64,000 nt of DNA. Source: Aulosira sp. ZfuVER01. Its GTDB lineage: Bacteria > Cyanobacteriota > Cyanobacteriia > Cyanobacteriales > Nostocaceae. The notes beneath the pieces are model-generated. The model saw only the letters and a program-made list of their open reading frames with translations. It was not told where the DNA came from and searched no databases. The stretch lies in NCBI GenBank assembly GCA_034530615.2, contig JAVRCV020000005.1, positions 20,256-84,255 on the forward strand. The letters are read 5' to 3'. Positions 9,346-19,356 of this stretch are shown here, one piece after another; position 1 is the first letter of the stretch; every line of letters starts with the position of its first letter. Made by a program: the position numbers and the translations under genes.

Positions 9346-12300
9346 ATGCTGCCATTCTCCCAAACTCAATTTATGCAGAAGTGTGCGACAACACTATCGC
9401 CAGAGATATCAGTTGAGTTTGCAGTTCAAGTAATGAGCCAGCTAGGAACAGGCTATATCTTAATCTTAGAACAAGACAAGTTAGTGGGAATTTTTACTGA
9501 AAGGGATTTGGTAAAGGCGATCGCATCAGGCAACAACTTGAGCCTGACTACCCTATCAGATGTAATGACACATAATGTCATTACTATTAAAGAATCAGAG
9601 TTAGGGGATTTATTTAGTATTATTCGCCTGCTACACCAGCGTCAAATTTCCTATCTGCCAGTTTTGGATGATCATGGACAAATATTAGGTGTAATTACAC
9701 TGCAAAGCATTCAGCAAGCATTGCCACAGGAAATCGATCGTTACGAACAGCTTGCACAAACACAACAGAAGTCTCAGGCTCAGATTGATAAAATTCTGAG
9801 CAATACCAGCACGATTGTTAGCAAAATTAGACTGCGATCGCCTCAACAATTCGAGTCTGAATATATTTCTCCCAGTTGTCAGAATATTTTAGGCTATTCC
9901 CCAAATGAATTTTTAGCAGATCCAACCTTTTGGAGTTCTCGGCTTTTACCAGAAGACAGGACTTTGTACTTTCAATATCTTCAAGATGCTGTCGAGCAAA
10001 CACTTACTGTTGAGTATCGCTGTCACCACAAAGATGGGTTAATATGCTGGATTTCCGATACCTTCAGCGCAGAGTGGGAGGAAACGACCCAATCCTGGCT
10101 GGTAATGAGTGTGAAAACCGACATTACAAAGCGTAAGTATACAGAAGAAGCCTGGCGCGAAAGTGAAGAACGATTGCAACTAGCGTTAGAAGCATCTGGA
10201 GATGGACTGTGGGATTGGAAAATCCCTAAAGGAGAAGTTTATCTTAGCCCTCGCTGGTATGAAATGCTAGGCTATGCTGTTGGCGAGCTGACAAGTGAGT
10301 TGAGTACTTGGCAGAAATTGATTCATCCCGAAGATGAACCTTGGGTAATGGATGTTTTGCAGTCTCACCTCAAGGATAGTTCTGTTCCCTACACTTTTGA
10401 ATACCGAATGCAAACCAAATCCGGTGATTGGAAATGGATTGCTAACCACGGCAAAGTTGTAGCTAGGGATACAAATGGTCAACCATTACGTATGATTGGT
10501 ATCCACCGAGATATTAATGACCACAAACTAGCAGAACAAGCTTTACGAGAGCGAAAAGCTTTTCTGCGGACAATAGGAGATCGCATTCCTAATGGTTACA
10601 TCTACCAGATGATTCGGGAACTAGATGGTAGCAATCGCTTTTACTATATCAGTGCTGGCGTTGAACGCACGAATGGAGTGAAAGCCGAGGCAATCTTGGC
10701 TGATTCAAGTCTGCTGTTTAACAACGTTGTACCAGAAGATATACCTTACATCCTCCAAAAACAGGAGGAGTCTGTAAAAACAATGTCAGTATTTGATATT
10801 CAGCTACGGGAGTATTCTCCAGAGGGAGATATCCGTTGGGTGCGCCTCTGCTCAACTCCTCGCCGCCTGGATGATGGACGGATGTGTTGGGAAGGTATCC
10901 GACTTGACATTACTGATATCAAATATACTGAAGAAACTCTACGTAAAAGCCAAGCTCTACTTACAGAAGCCCAGCACATTGCCAAGATTGGTAACTGGGA
11001 GTTTGATATAGCTACGCAAAACATCACTTGGACGGAAGAGCTTTTCCACATATCGCATCGAGATCCAGCACTACGGGAGCCTAGTTATGAAGAGAACCTG
11101 CAACTGTATCACCCAGAAGATGCGGAAAAATTACACAAAGCAGTTGAGCGTGCAATTACTACGGGTGAATCCTACAAGCTGATACTGCGACTTAATACTC
11201 AACCAGAAGGTTCTATTCGCTACATTGAGGGCATTGGACATACACAATTCAATACAGATGGACAGGTGATTCGTCTTTATGGAACTGCTCAGGATATTAC
11301 AGAACGCTTCCTAGCTGAAAAAGCTTTGCAAGAGAAAGAAAAGTTTTTACGCAGTATTTATAACGGTGTTGAACAATGCATTTTTGTGATAGATATTCTC
11401 GAAGATGATGACTTTCGCTTTGTGGGGTTAAATCCTATGGCTGAACGCTTCTCGGGTATGCGTTCTGTGGATACCCAAGGCAAAACTCTAGAAGAGCTGT
11501 TTCCGCCAGAAATGGCATCATCAGTACGACAGCATTATCAAGCCTGTGTAACTGCAAGAGAAACTATTACCTATGAAGAATGTTTGCCATTTAAAGGTCA
11601 AGATACCTGGTGGATCACTAGCTTGAATCCTTTGTTTGATGAACATTCGCGTGTTTATCGCCTTGTTGGTAGCAGCATAGAGATTAGCGATCGCAAACGA
11701 GCAGAAGAAAAGCTCAGACAAGCGGAATTGCGATATAGAACATTGGTTGAACAAATCCCCGGAATTTTCTATACTGCACCCATTACTGCTACTACTGAAT
11801 TCGCTTACATTAGTCCCCAAATTTACCAGTTTCTCAACATTCCTGCCCAAGAATGGACTGCTGGTCACTTAAATACTTGGGCTAAATATGTACATCCTGA
11901 CGATCGCGATCGCATCACTGAAAGTGTTCAAAATGCTATTCAGGCTGGAGAATCTTTAATTACGGAATATCGCATGTTCACTGGTGACGGTAGAATCATT
12001 TGGGTTCGCGATCAATCCAGCCTTGTACTAGCGCCAGATGGGAAAACTCAGATTCTTCAAGGACTAGCTTTTGATATTAGCGATCGCAAACGTCTCGAAC
12101 TGGCCTTACAAGCTTCCGAAAAACGATTACAGAATATTCTTTCTACAGCCAGTGCTTCAATTTTTAGTTTTCGTGTCTCTGCCAATCAAGAATGGGAATA
12201 TGAGTATCAGTCTACTGCTAGTGAAGTAATTTTCGGTTATTCTCCTGAGGAGATCCTCGCTGACAAAATGCTTTGGCTCTCCAGAGTATTTCTTGAAGAC

Positions 12301-13944
12301 CGAGACAAAGTAATTAATTCCCGTTTTCAGCGGAGTATCACTGAAGGTACTAGCTCTGTTCAATATCGATTTCGTCATAAAGATGGTTCTCTCCGCTGGA
12401 TTTCGACCACTTATTCTTCCCATCACCAAGAAGAAACCAATAGTTGGATAGTTATTGGTGTGAGCATTGATATTAGCGATCGCAAACAGATGGAAGATGC
12501 GTTACGCCTTAGCGAACAAAACTTGCGTGAGGCTCAACGAGTTGCTCATATTGGTAGTTGGGAATGGGACTTTACCACCAATACACGTACTTGGAGCGAA
12601 GAACTATTCCGGATTCAAGGTATTGATCCTAGCCAACCTGTACCAGAAACAGACACTATTGCTCAACGAATTCATCCCGATGATTGGGAACTGTATCAAC
12701 AGAGAATTAATGAGCCAGCACAAGCAGGCTTACCATTTGAAGCCGATCTGCGGATGGTACGCCCTAATGGAGAAGTCCGCTATGTGGAAATTCGCGGGGA
12801 GCCGATTTTCAACAACCAAGGAGAATTGATTCGGATTGTGGGTACGACTTTGGATATAAGCGATCGCAAACGAGTTGAAGAAGCTCTGCGGGAAAGCGAA
12901 ACTTTATTTCGGACTCTCAGCGAATCTGCGCCCATTGGTATTTTTAGAAGCGATATCCACGGAATAAATATTTATACAAATCCCCGTTTTCAAGGTATTT
13001 GTGGCTTGAGTATTGAAGAGTCCTTCGGCGATCGCTGGATGCAATTTATTCACCCAGATGATTTGGCAATATTTTTGCCACAATGGCGATTATTAGCAGC
13101 AAACAACCAAGAATTCTGCACTGAAGTACGTTACATTCTTCCTGATTCAACCTTGCATTTTTGTCGCATCAAGATCGTTCCTATTCTTGCTGGACAAAAT
13201 GAGTTAATGGGCTATGTGGGTACAATCGAAGATATTACTGAAAGCCGGATAATTGAGAAAATGAAAAATGAATTTATCTCAATTGTCAGCCATGAATTAC
13301 GAACACCCTTAGCTTCTATTCGTGGTGCTTTAGGATTGCTAGCCGCTGGAGTTCTAAAAGCACAACCAGAAACAGCCCAACAAATGTTAGAGATTGCTTA
13401 CAACGATACGGAACGTTTAGTACGCTTGGTCAATGACATTTTAGACTTAGAACATTTAGAATCAAACAAATTCAATTTAGTTAAGCAGTGGTGTGATGCT
13501 GCAACGCTTATACGTCGCTCTGTAGAAGCAGTAAATGCTCTAGCAAATGAAAATAATATTTCTTTAGTTATGTTGCTCAGTTCTGTGCAGATATGGGTAG
13601 ACCCCGATCGCATTATCCAAACCCTAGTCAACTTAATCGGTAATGCCATCAAATTTTCGCCAACAAATAGTACAGTGGCGGTGAGTGTGGAAGATGGAAG
13701 CGATCGCGTTTTATTTAAAGTGCAAGACCAAGGGAGAGGGATACCTGATAATAAGTTAGAAAGTATTTTTGGACGGTTTCACCAGGTTGATGCTAGCGAT
13801 TCACGACAAAAAGGAGGAACAGGTTTAGGGCTAGCTATTTGTCGTGGTATCATTCAACAGCATGGCGGTACAATTTGGGCCAAAAGTGTTTTAGGAGAAG
13901 GTAGTATTTTTTATTTTACAATTCCTAAAATATTAGAAAGCTGA
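9346..13944 (+). CDS. Cytoplasmic sensor histidine kinase: CBS pair, nine PAS/PAC domains, HisKA and HATPase
   Basis: CBS GIFTERD; nine DI(T/S)-type PAC termini; H box SHELRTP, N box NLIGNAIKF, DQGRG and GGTGLGL; no transmembrane or GAF segment evident. Confidence 0.92.
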   Translation: MLPFSQTQFMQKCATTLSPEISVEFAVQVMSQLGTGYILILEQDKLVGIFTERDLVKAIASGNNLSLTTLSDVMTHNVITIKESELGDLFSIIRLLHQRQISYLPVLDDHGQILGVITLQSIQQALPQEIDRYEQLAQTQQKSQAQIDKILSNTSTIVSKIRLRSPQQFESEYISPSCQNILGYSPNEFLADPTFWSSRLLPEDRTLYFQYLQDAVEQTLTVEYRCHHKDGLICWISDTFSAEWEETTQSWLVMSVKTDITKRKYTEEAWRESEERLQLALEASGDGLWDWKIPKGEVYLSPRWYEMLGYAVGELTSELSTWQKLIHPEDEPWVMDVLQSHLKDSSVPYTFEYRMQTKSGDWKWIANHGKVVARDTNGQPLRMIGIHRDINDHKLAEQALRERKAFLRTIGDRIPNGYIYQMIRELDGSNRFYYISAGVERTNGVKAEAILADSSLLFNNVVPEDIPYILQKQEESVKTMSVFDIQLREYSPEGDIRWVRLCSTPRRLDDGRMCWEGIRLDITDIKYTEETLRKSQALLTEAQHIAKIGNWEFDIATQNITWTEELFHISHRDPALREPSYEENLQLYHPEDAEKLHKAVERAITTGESYKLILRLNTQPEGSIRYIEGIGHTQFNTDGQVIRLYGTAQDITERFLAEKALQEKEKFLRSIYNGVEQCIFVIDILEDDDFRFVGLNPMAERFSGMRSVDTQGKTLEELFPPEMASSVRQHYQACVTARETITYEECLPFKGQDTWWITSLNPLFDEHSRVYRLVGSSIEISDRKRAEEKLRQAELRYRTLVEQIPGIFYTAPITATTEFAYISPQIYQFLNIPAQEWTAGHLNTWAKYVHPDDRDRITESVQNAIQAGESLITEYRMFTGDGRIIWVRDQSSLVLAPDGKTQILQGLAFDISDRKRLELALQASEKRLQNILSTASASIFSFRVSANQEWEYEYQSTASEVIFGYSPEEILADKMLWLSRVFLEDRDKVINSRFQRSITEGTSSVQYRFRHKDGSLRWISTTYSSHHQEETNSWIVIGVSIDISDRKQMEDALRLSEQNLREAQRVAHIGSWEWDFTTNTRTWSEELFRIQGIDPSQPVPETDTIAQRIHPDDWELYQQRINEPAQAGLPFEADLRMVRPNGEVRYVEIRGEPIFNNQGELIRIVGTTLDISDRKRVEEALRESETLFRTLSESAPIGIFRSDIHGINIYTNPRFQGICGLSIEESFGDRWMQFIHPDDLAIFLPQWRLLAANNQEFCTEVRYILPDSTLHFCRIKIVPILAGQNELMGYVGTIEDITESRIIEKMKNEFISIVSHELRTPLASIRGALGLLAAGVLKAQPETAQQMLEIAYNDTERLVRLVNDILDLEHLESNKFNLVKQWCDAATLIRRSVEAVNALANENNISLVMLLSSVQIWVDPDRIIQTLVNLIGNAIKFSPTNSTVAVSVEDGSDRVLFKVQDQGRGIPDNKLESIFGRFHQVDASDSRQKGGTGLGLAICRGIIQQHGGTIWAKSVLGEGSIFYFTIPKILES

Positions 13945-13981
13945 TGCAAAATTTATTTACCAATTCCTATAAAAACTACGC

Positions 13982-14299
13982 CTAATTCCATAGACCCAAT
14001 TCATTTTCCGATTCTAAGCAAAAATTGCTTGCTTTAACTAAATAAAATTGAGTGTTTGCATCATAATTATGATAATTGACTGGGTATTCTAGACGTTTTT
14101 TTATTAGTTTTAACTTCTCCCAAGCCATACTAATTCTTTCAGTTGCCTGGAATTTGCCTATCTTGCCAGTTTTGTATAATTTACAAATGTAAGACTTGTG
14201 GCGAAAAAAAGCAGATAGATAAGCTTGAAAAATCACATTTTCTGCTTTGATATCATTATATTCATAGCTGTAATCATCAATAATATTTTCTTGATTCAT
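13982..14299 (-). CDS. Small hypothetical protein, divergent member of a conserved cyanobacterial family (DUF7219-like)
   Basis: ENVIFQAYLSAF...SYICKLYKTGKI...WEKLK resembles the recalled family motif FNANLQEF..SYIC.LET.GK...WK.LK. Confidence 0.5.
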   Translation of the reverse strand: MNQENIIDDYSYEYNDIKAENVIFQAYLSAFFRHKSYICKLYKTGKIGKFQATERISMAWEKLKLIKKRLEYPVNYHNYDANTQFYLVKASNFCLESENELGLWN

Positions 14300-14494
14300 A
14301 ATTATTTTCTACTCAAAATACTTTATTAAACCCTTAAGATTATTTTTAATTAAGCCTGAATCATCATATATGAAATATAGGATTTATCTTTAATTTTTGT
14401 AAAAATGTCCTAAATATTTACCTCGCTACTTTTCTTATTGCCTATTGCCTGCCTCTACGACTCAGTTCACAAATCAAAGAAGATAGGTATATGA

Positions 14495-14872
14495 TTACTT
14501 CCAACCCATCATACCTGCTACCTCTTCCGCCAGCTTCAAGGGGTCAAAAGGTTTTTTAATCACACCGACAATTCCTAAATCATTATATTGTTGATGCTTA
14601 GTCGGTTCAACTTTGGCAGTGATTAACATTACCGGTATACTTTGAGTTACAGGATTCTTTTTTAACTCTTTTAACACCGTAAATCCATCTATATCTGGCA
14701 TCATCACATCAAGCAAAATAGCATTAAGATTTTCAGTTTGAGCTTTGAGTAAGCCCTCTTTGCCGGATTCAGCTTTTAGCACTGTCCAATCAGCTAAGTT
14801 TTCCAAACAGGCCTGAATCACTGTAGCTAAAGATTTTTCGTCATCAATCAAGAGAATACGCTTTGTGGACAT
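14495..14872 (-). CDS. Single-domain CheY-like response regulator
   Basis: IDDE, LLDVMMP, TA and KPF motifs. Confidence 0.92.
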   Translation of the reverse strand: MSTKRILLIDDEKSLATVIQACLENLADWTVLKAESGKEGLLKAQTENLNAILLDVMMPDIDGFTVLKELKKNPVTQSIPVMLITAKVEPTKHQQYNDLGIVGVIKKPFDPLKLAEEVAGMMGWK

Positions 14873-15243
14873 ATAAAAATGTCAATTTAAATCTCGAAAT
14901 AGTAAAGAGATAACGGTTCTTAATTGAGTACAAAACACTTTTTTCTGCTGAGATAAGCTTTTTGCCTTCCTAAGCCAGGCAAGATACATATCCCTCAAAA
15001 TATATGCTGTATTTAATGCAACTGAGAACCGCTATATTAGTTTTTGCCAAGAAAAGAGGTCAAATTGTCAGCCAAACTATTTCCTGATGTCCTATTGATG
15101 AACGTGTTCCAACTAACTATTTTTAAAGTTAAAGGATAATTATGAGGAAATTCTGAGTATTTATGGCTAAGGCTGCAAAATTCATATTTGACGCAATGCC
15201 CTACCCCATGCCCTTGCGGGTGGGCTTTTTATTTGGAAGTCCC

Positions 15244-15624
15244 TTAAAACTGCCATCCCAGAGTGCTTGCAACTAGTTCCGAGAGACGCAACGGATCAAA
15301 TGGTTTGGGAATTACTCCTGCGACTCCCAACTGAGAAAATTCATTTAAGTCTACTGTCTGTACTTTAGCCGTTAGTAAAATAACTGGAATTTCGCGGGTA
15401 GTTGAATTGTCTTGCAATTTCTGAAAAAGTGCCATTCCGTCTATATCTGGCATCATTACATCTAAGAGAATTGCATCCGGATGTTCAGTTGTGGCTAAAG
15501 CTAAACCTTCACTACCAGACTGTGCTACAAGTACTTGCCAATTCCCGATATATTCTAAACAGGCTTGAATTACAGTACACAGATTTTTTTCATCATCAAT
15601 TACTAAGATACGTTTTGCGAGCAT
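15244..15624 (-). CDS. Single-domain CheY-like response regulator (paralog of the neighbour)
   Basis: IDDE, LLDVMMP, TA and KPF motifs. Confidence 0.92.
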   Translation of the reverse strand: MLAKRILVIDDEKNLCTVIQACLEYIGNWQVLVAQSGSEGLALATTEHPDAILLDVMMPDIDGMALFQKLQDNSTTREIPVILLTAKVQTVDLNEFSQLGVAGVIPKPFDPLRLSELVASTLGWQF

Positions 15625-15628
15625 GGTA

Positions 15629-17500
15629 TCAAACTGGCTGTTGATAATATTTATGTAATAATTTCTTTCTTAGATCTGTCCGTTCTAACCTGTTTAAAAT
15701 CCGGGCAACTAATTCTGGTTCGACAATTGGTTTTCTAACATAGTCGTCAGCTCCAACAGCATAAACTTTATATAGTATTTCTGGTTCAAAGTGAGCAGAA
15801 AGAAATAGTACAGGTAAGCGGTTCCAAGAGCGATCGCTGCGTATTGCTTGGCATAAATCTATACCATTAAAACATGGCATCTCAACATCTAAAATCAGCA
15901 GATCGGGTTTAGTAGATTCCAATACTTCCCACAATTTTTGAGACTCTTGTAATGGTATAACTTGCAATCCCCAAGGCGATAGCAAACTGCTAACCTGATG
16001 TAGCACTAAAGGATCGTCATCCACTACTAGAACTTTGGCTTCGGTGGTAACTTGTTGGTTGAGTGCTATATTGACTGCGGTCAGCACTTCAACAACAGAC
16101 ATGGGTTTGTTTAAAAAGCTATATACCCCTAAACGTGCAGCTTCTACTCTGTGCTGCAGTTGATTGCTATTAGTAAATACTAAGACAGGAATCTCCGGAT
16201 GATTTTGTGTTAGTTCTGTCAGTAGCGTGAAACCATTTTCTTCTTGGTCAGGAAATGATAGCTCGAGTAAGATGACTTCGGGGGGATTTAGGGCTAGTAT
16301 AGTTCTCGCTGTTTTTGGATTTGCTGCTACCTCTACATGAAAACCCCAAGATACTGCTTCTAATTTAATACGTTCGGTCAGTGTGGTATCGCCATCAACA
16401 ATTAGCAGTTGTACCGATTTAATTTGCGAGATGCTAGGGTTAGCAGTTGCAGATGGCTGTTGCTGAAATGTTTGTTTCAGTAATTTGACTAACTCTGTCA
16501 ACTGCAAAGCTACACTCTGGTAGGGGCTGGTATGCTTGTCTAGCAACTGTTCTATTTCCCGTGCTATCTTGGAACCTTCCAACAATCCATAACACCCGGA
16601 AGAACCAGCTAGGCGGTGGGCTTCGGCTTGTGCTTGTTTTAGTATATTTTTATCTGGATTGACAGTTGATAATTGAGCGATCGCTTGTTGTAATATTTCA
16701 AACTTTTCTGGAAAACTCTTCTCAAACTCTTCCCGCATCTTTGCCACTACAGCCATAATCTTGGCTTCGGCTTGGCCTATATCTGAGAGTTCGCAACTAT
16801 AAACTGTTTTGCCGGTAGACTTTTTGGGTTCCTCTTTCAGGCGATAACCCAACCCATAGACGGTTTCGATCAAATCTGCGGTCATTCCTACAGCTTTTAG
16901 CTTCTGTCGCAAACCCTTAATGTGGGTGGTTACAGCTTCTTCTCCAGGAAACTCATCAGCAGTCCAAATTCTATCTAGTAGGACACTTCTACTAAATATT
17001 CTGCGGGGATTTTCCAGAAACAGTTCTAATAAACCATACTCTTTAGGCGTCAAGTGCAGGCGCTTCCCTGCATACATGACTTCTTTGATATTAGTATCAA
17101 GTTCTAAATTCTCCCAAACTAGCAATTTCCCTAAAATTGCCTTTCCCCGCCGCATTAATGCCCGAATTCTTGCTATTAGCTCAGACAACTCAAAAGGTTT
17201 GACAATATAATCATCCGCACCCGCTTCTAATCCAATGACTCGCACGCTAGTGTCTTCCTTCGCAGTCAGCATCAGAATGGGCATTTGATATCCTTCTAAG
17301 CGGATTTGCCGACAAAGGCTAATTCCATCTAGTTTTGGCAGTATTACATCTAATATCAGTAAGTCATAATCAAATGCTTTGACCAACTCTAGACCTTTTT
17401 GTCCATCACTAGTAGTCTCAATTTGATAATTAAGTGTTGAAAGTGCTTCTACAAGCACTGAAGTTATTTGTTTATCATCTTCTATTAAGAGAATTTTCAC
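15629..17500 (-). CDS. RcaC-like multidomain response regulator (REC-OmpR wHTH-HPt-pseudoREC-REC)
   Basis: LILDVILP receiver, LTPKEY...ETVYGLGY winged helix, AHRLAGS HPt, VILLEL receiver with Asp replaced by Glu, LILDVEMP receiver. Confidence 0.88.
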   Translation of the reverse strand: MKILLIEDDKQITSVLVEALSTLNYQIETTSDGQKGLELVKAFDYDLLILDVILPKLDGISLCRQIRLEGYQMPILMLTAKEDTSVRVIGLEAGADDYIVKPFELSELIARIRALMRRGKAILGKLLVWENLELDTNIKEVMYAGKRLHLTPKEYGLLELFLENPRRIFSRSVLLDRIWTADEFPGEEAVTTHIKGLRQKLKAVGMTADLIETVYGLGYRLKEEPKKSTGKTVYSCELSDIGQAEAKIMAVVAKMREEFEKSFPEKFEILQQAIAQLSTVNPDKNILKQAQAEAHRLAGSSGCYGLLEGSKIAREIEQLLDKHTSPYQSVALQLTELVKLLKQTFQQQPSATANPSISQIKSVQLLIVDGDTTLTERIKLEAVSWGFHVEVAANPKTARTILALNPPEVILLELSFPDQEENGFTLLTELTQNHPEIPVLVFTNSNQLQHRVEAARLGVYSFLNKPMSVVEVLTAVNIALNQQVTTEAKVLVVDDDPLVLHQVSSLLSPWGLQVIPLQESQKLWEVLESTKPDLLILDVEMPCFNGIDLCQAIRSDRSWNRLPVLFLSAHFEPEILYKVYAVGADDYVRKPIVEPELVARILNRLERTDLRKKLLHKYYQQPV

Positions 17501-18047
17501 AGAATTTTTCCGGAAGCAGGTATTAATTTTTACAAAAATTAACTTTAAATATTAAAAATATTACGTAAATTTAGGCAAGTTTAACTCATCCGCTAGGAAT
17601 ATTAATTCCTTCACTACAAAACTTTGAATGATTATCTATAACAATATAACTTTGTTATCTATCAAGCGTGTCTATTCACAATCGATTCAGTCACTCACTG
17701 ATAAAAAATTTCACAACTCAGCATGAAATATCTAGCTTAGTGTAGAGCTACCAATGACCAACCTACACGTATATCAAAATATCAAATAGTAAAAATCTTG
17801 TAGAAAGCACAATTTTCAAATTGGCCACTCCCAAAAACCCAGATCTATCTTGGTATGGTTGGGTATTTGCTCTGCGTTGACAAAGGGAAACACTTATCTA
17901 TATTGAAACCCAAAACCGGAATCTGTACGGCAGAGTACCTTCCTACCACAAAGACCTTATGAGAAAATCTTCTCTATGCTTATATCCAAAGGCGGCTCAC
18001 TCTCTAGCCTTTTAAATCCCGCACTTTGATATTGTGGCACAATAGGG

Positions 18048-18095
18048 AATTAAAAATTAAAAATCAAAAAAAGTTCTGATTTTTAATTTTTAATT
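18048..18095 (-). terminator. AT-rich inverted repeat after rbpG
   Basis: AATTAAAAATTAAAAATCA...TGATTTTTAATTTTTAATT. Confidence 0.5.
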
Positions 18096-18111
18096 ACACT
18101 CCTTGCGGAGA

Positions 18112-18618
18112 TTAATTTGTAGTTTGTGCGGCTAGCATCTGCTTCAGCTTTTCTAATTCCGAAGCCCAACGGGGATCTGGACGAATAGCATCTGAGTCAG
18201 ATGTTGTGGTGGTATTTTCGCGTCCACCACCACTGCTACCACCACGGCGAGGCTTCTTAGAACTTTTCTCGCGACGGTTGCTTTCTTTATGTGTAACAGG
18301 AGCCGCAGTAGCGCTACCAGAACTTTGGGCTGCTTTGGGCGCTTGCTCCTCACCCTCTTCTCCCTTATTGCGAGGTAATGCCTTTTCTAGCTTGATCGCA
18401 GTGTCTTTGAACATCTGACCATTATATTTTTCAATAATTTGATCGGCTTGTTCATCATTATTGACCGTAAGAAAACCGAAGCCACGGCATTTCCCTGTTT
18501 TTCGGTCTTTAATTAGTTTTGTGGTGACAGCATCACCTTCAGCAGCAAACACTGCTTGCAGTTCTTGACGATCTATTTCTTCTTTTGGCAAATTACCTAT
18601 ATATAGGCGAACAGACAT
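18112..18618 (-). CDS. rbpG: RRM RNA-binding protein (Rbp3/RbpG class)
   Basis: RNP2 LYIGNL, RNP1 RGFGFL, C-terminal PDPRWASELEKLK. Confidence 0.85.
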   Translation of the reverse strand: MSVRLYIGNLPKEEIDRQELQAVFAAEGDAVTTKLIKDRKTGKCRGFGFLTVNNDEQADQIIEKYNGQMFKDTAIKLEKALPRNKGEEGEEQAPKAAQSSGSATAAPVTHKESNRREKSSKKPRRGGSSGGGRENTTTTSDSDAIRPDPRWASELEKLKQMLAAQTTN

Positions 18619-18979
18619 GAACTATACCTCCAGAGTTGAATAAAAATGGCAAAGTGAGAAAACTATCGCTTGGCTTTGGCTATTACATAGATGCTATTGA
18701 CCAAGATTGCCATAAACCAATTTTTTGACTCAAAACTGTCAACCTATACAATACAATTTTTCGTCGGGATCAAGCTTGTTTAATACAAAAGCGTACACGA
18801 CGCTCAATTACATACCACCTTAATTCTAAGAATTGTAAATTATTAGTTTACTACCTGTTAAAGTAAACTTTTATTTTATGCCCTTGTTCGCAGAATAAAA
18901 CACCATTCCTTACATTATCACGGTATTTTCTACGTAGCTAGTTCAGCGCATACATTTCTGGCATATACTTCAACCGAAT

Positions 18980-18995
18980 TGTAACATAAAATACA
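18980..18995. promoter_or_regulatory. Consensus NtcA site upstream of rbpG
   Basis: TGTA-ACATAAAA-TACA. Confidence 0.45.
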
Positions 18996-19204
18996 TTTTT
19001 TTCTCAACAGGGGATATTTGGAAACAAAAACCAGCCAATGGCTGGTTGATTTACTGCTGTGTTGGGAGAATAACAAAGATAGATTGGCGTAAGCTTTGGC
19101 GATTCATAACTGAGCTAGCGTGCTGAGTTATGTTGATTAGCAAAGATTGTGTAAACAAATGTAACACTTGCCAAAATAAACTGCAATGTTTCTTTACGTT
19201 TTTT

Positions 19205-19356
19205 GGGAATTGGGCATTGGGCAAACAACGAGTGTGGGAGGTGTGGGAAGATGGGGAAGAACTAAGTATGGTTGCTTTCTCCCCGTACTGCCCACACTCC
19301 CCTCTCTCCCCACACTCCCTTGTCCCCCTTGTCTTCTTCATCTCCCTCATCCCCTC
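19205..19356. repeat. STRR-type 7- and 9-mer tandem repeats in inverted arrangement
   Basis: ATTGGGC copies; GTGTGGGAG copies facing TCCCCACAC/TCCCCCTTG copies. Confidence 0.75.

Noticed and set aside
11680..12870. Recurrent AGCGATCGCAAAC in the kinase as a DNA repeat array
   Set aside because: Explained by the repeated ISDRK PAC motif coinciding with HIP1
15629..17500. Calling the regulator rcaC and the kinase rcaE
   Set aside because: The kinase has no evident GAF, and no L-box direct repeat or phycobiliprotein genes are nearby; only the architecture is shared
19205..19356. Possible CRISPR array
   Set aside because: Units are 7-9 nt with no unique spacers and no cas genes nearby
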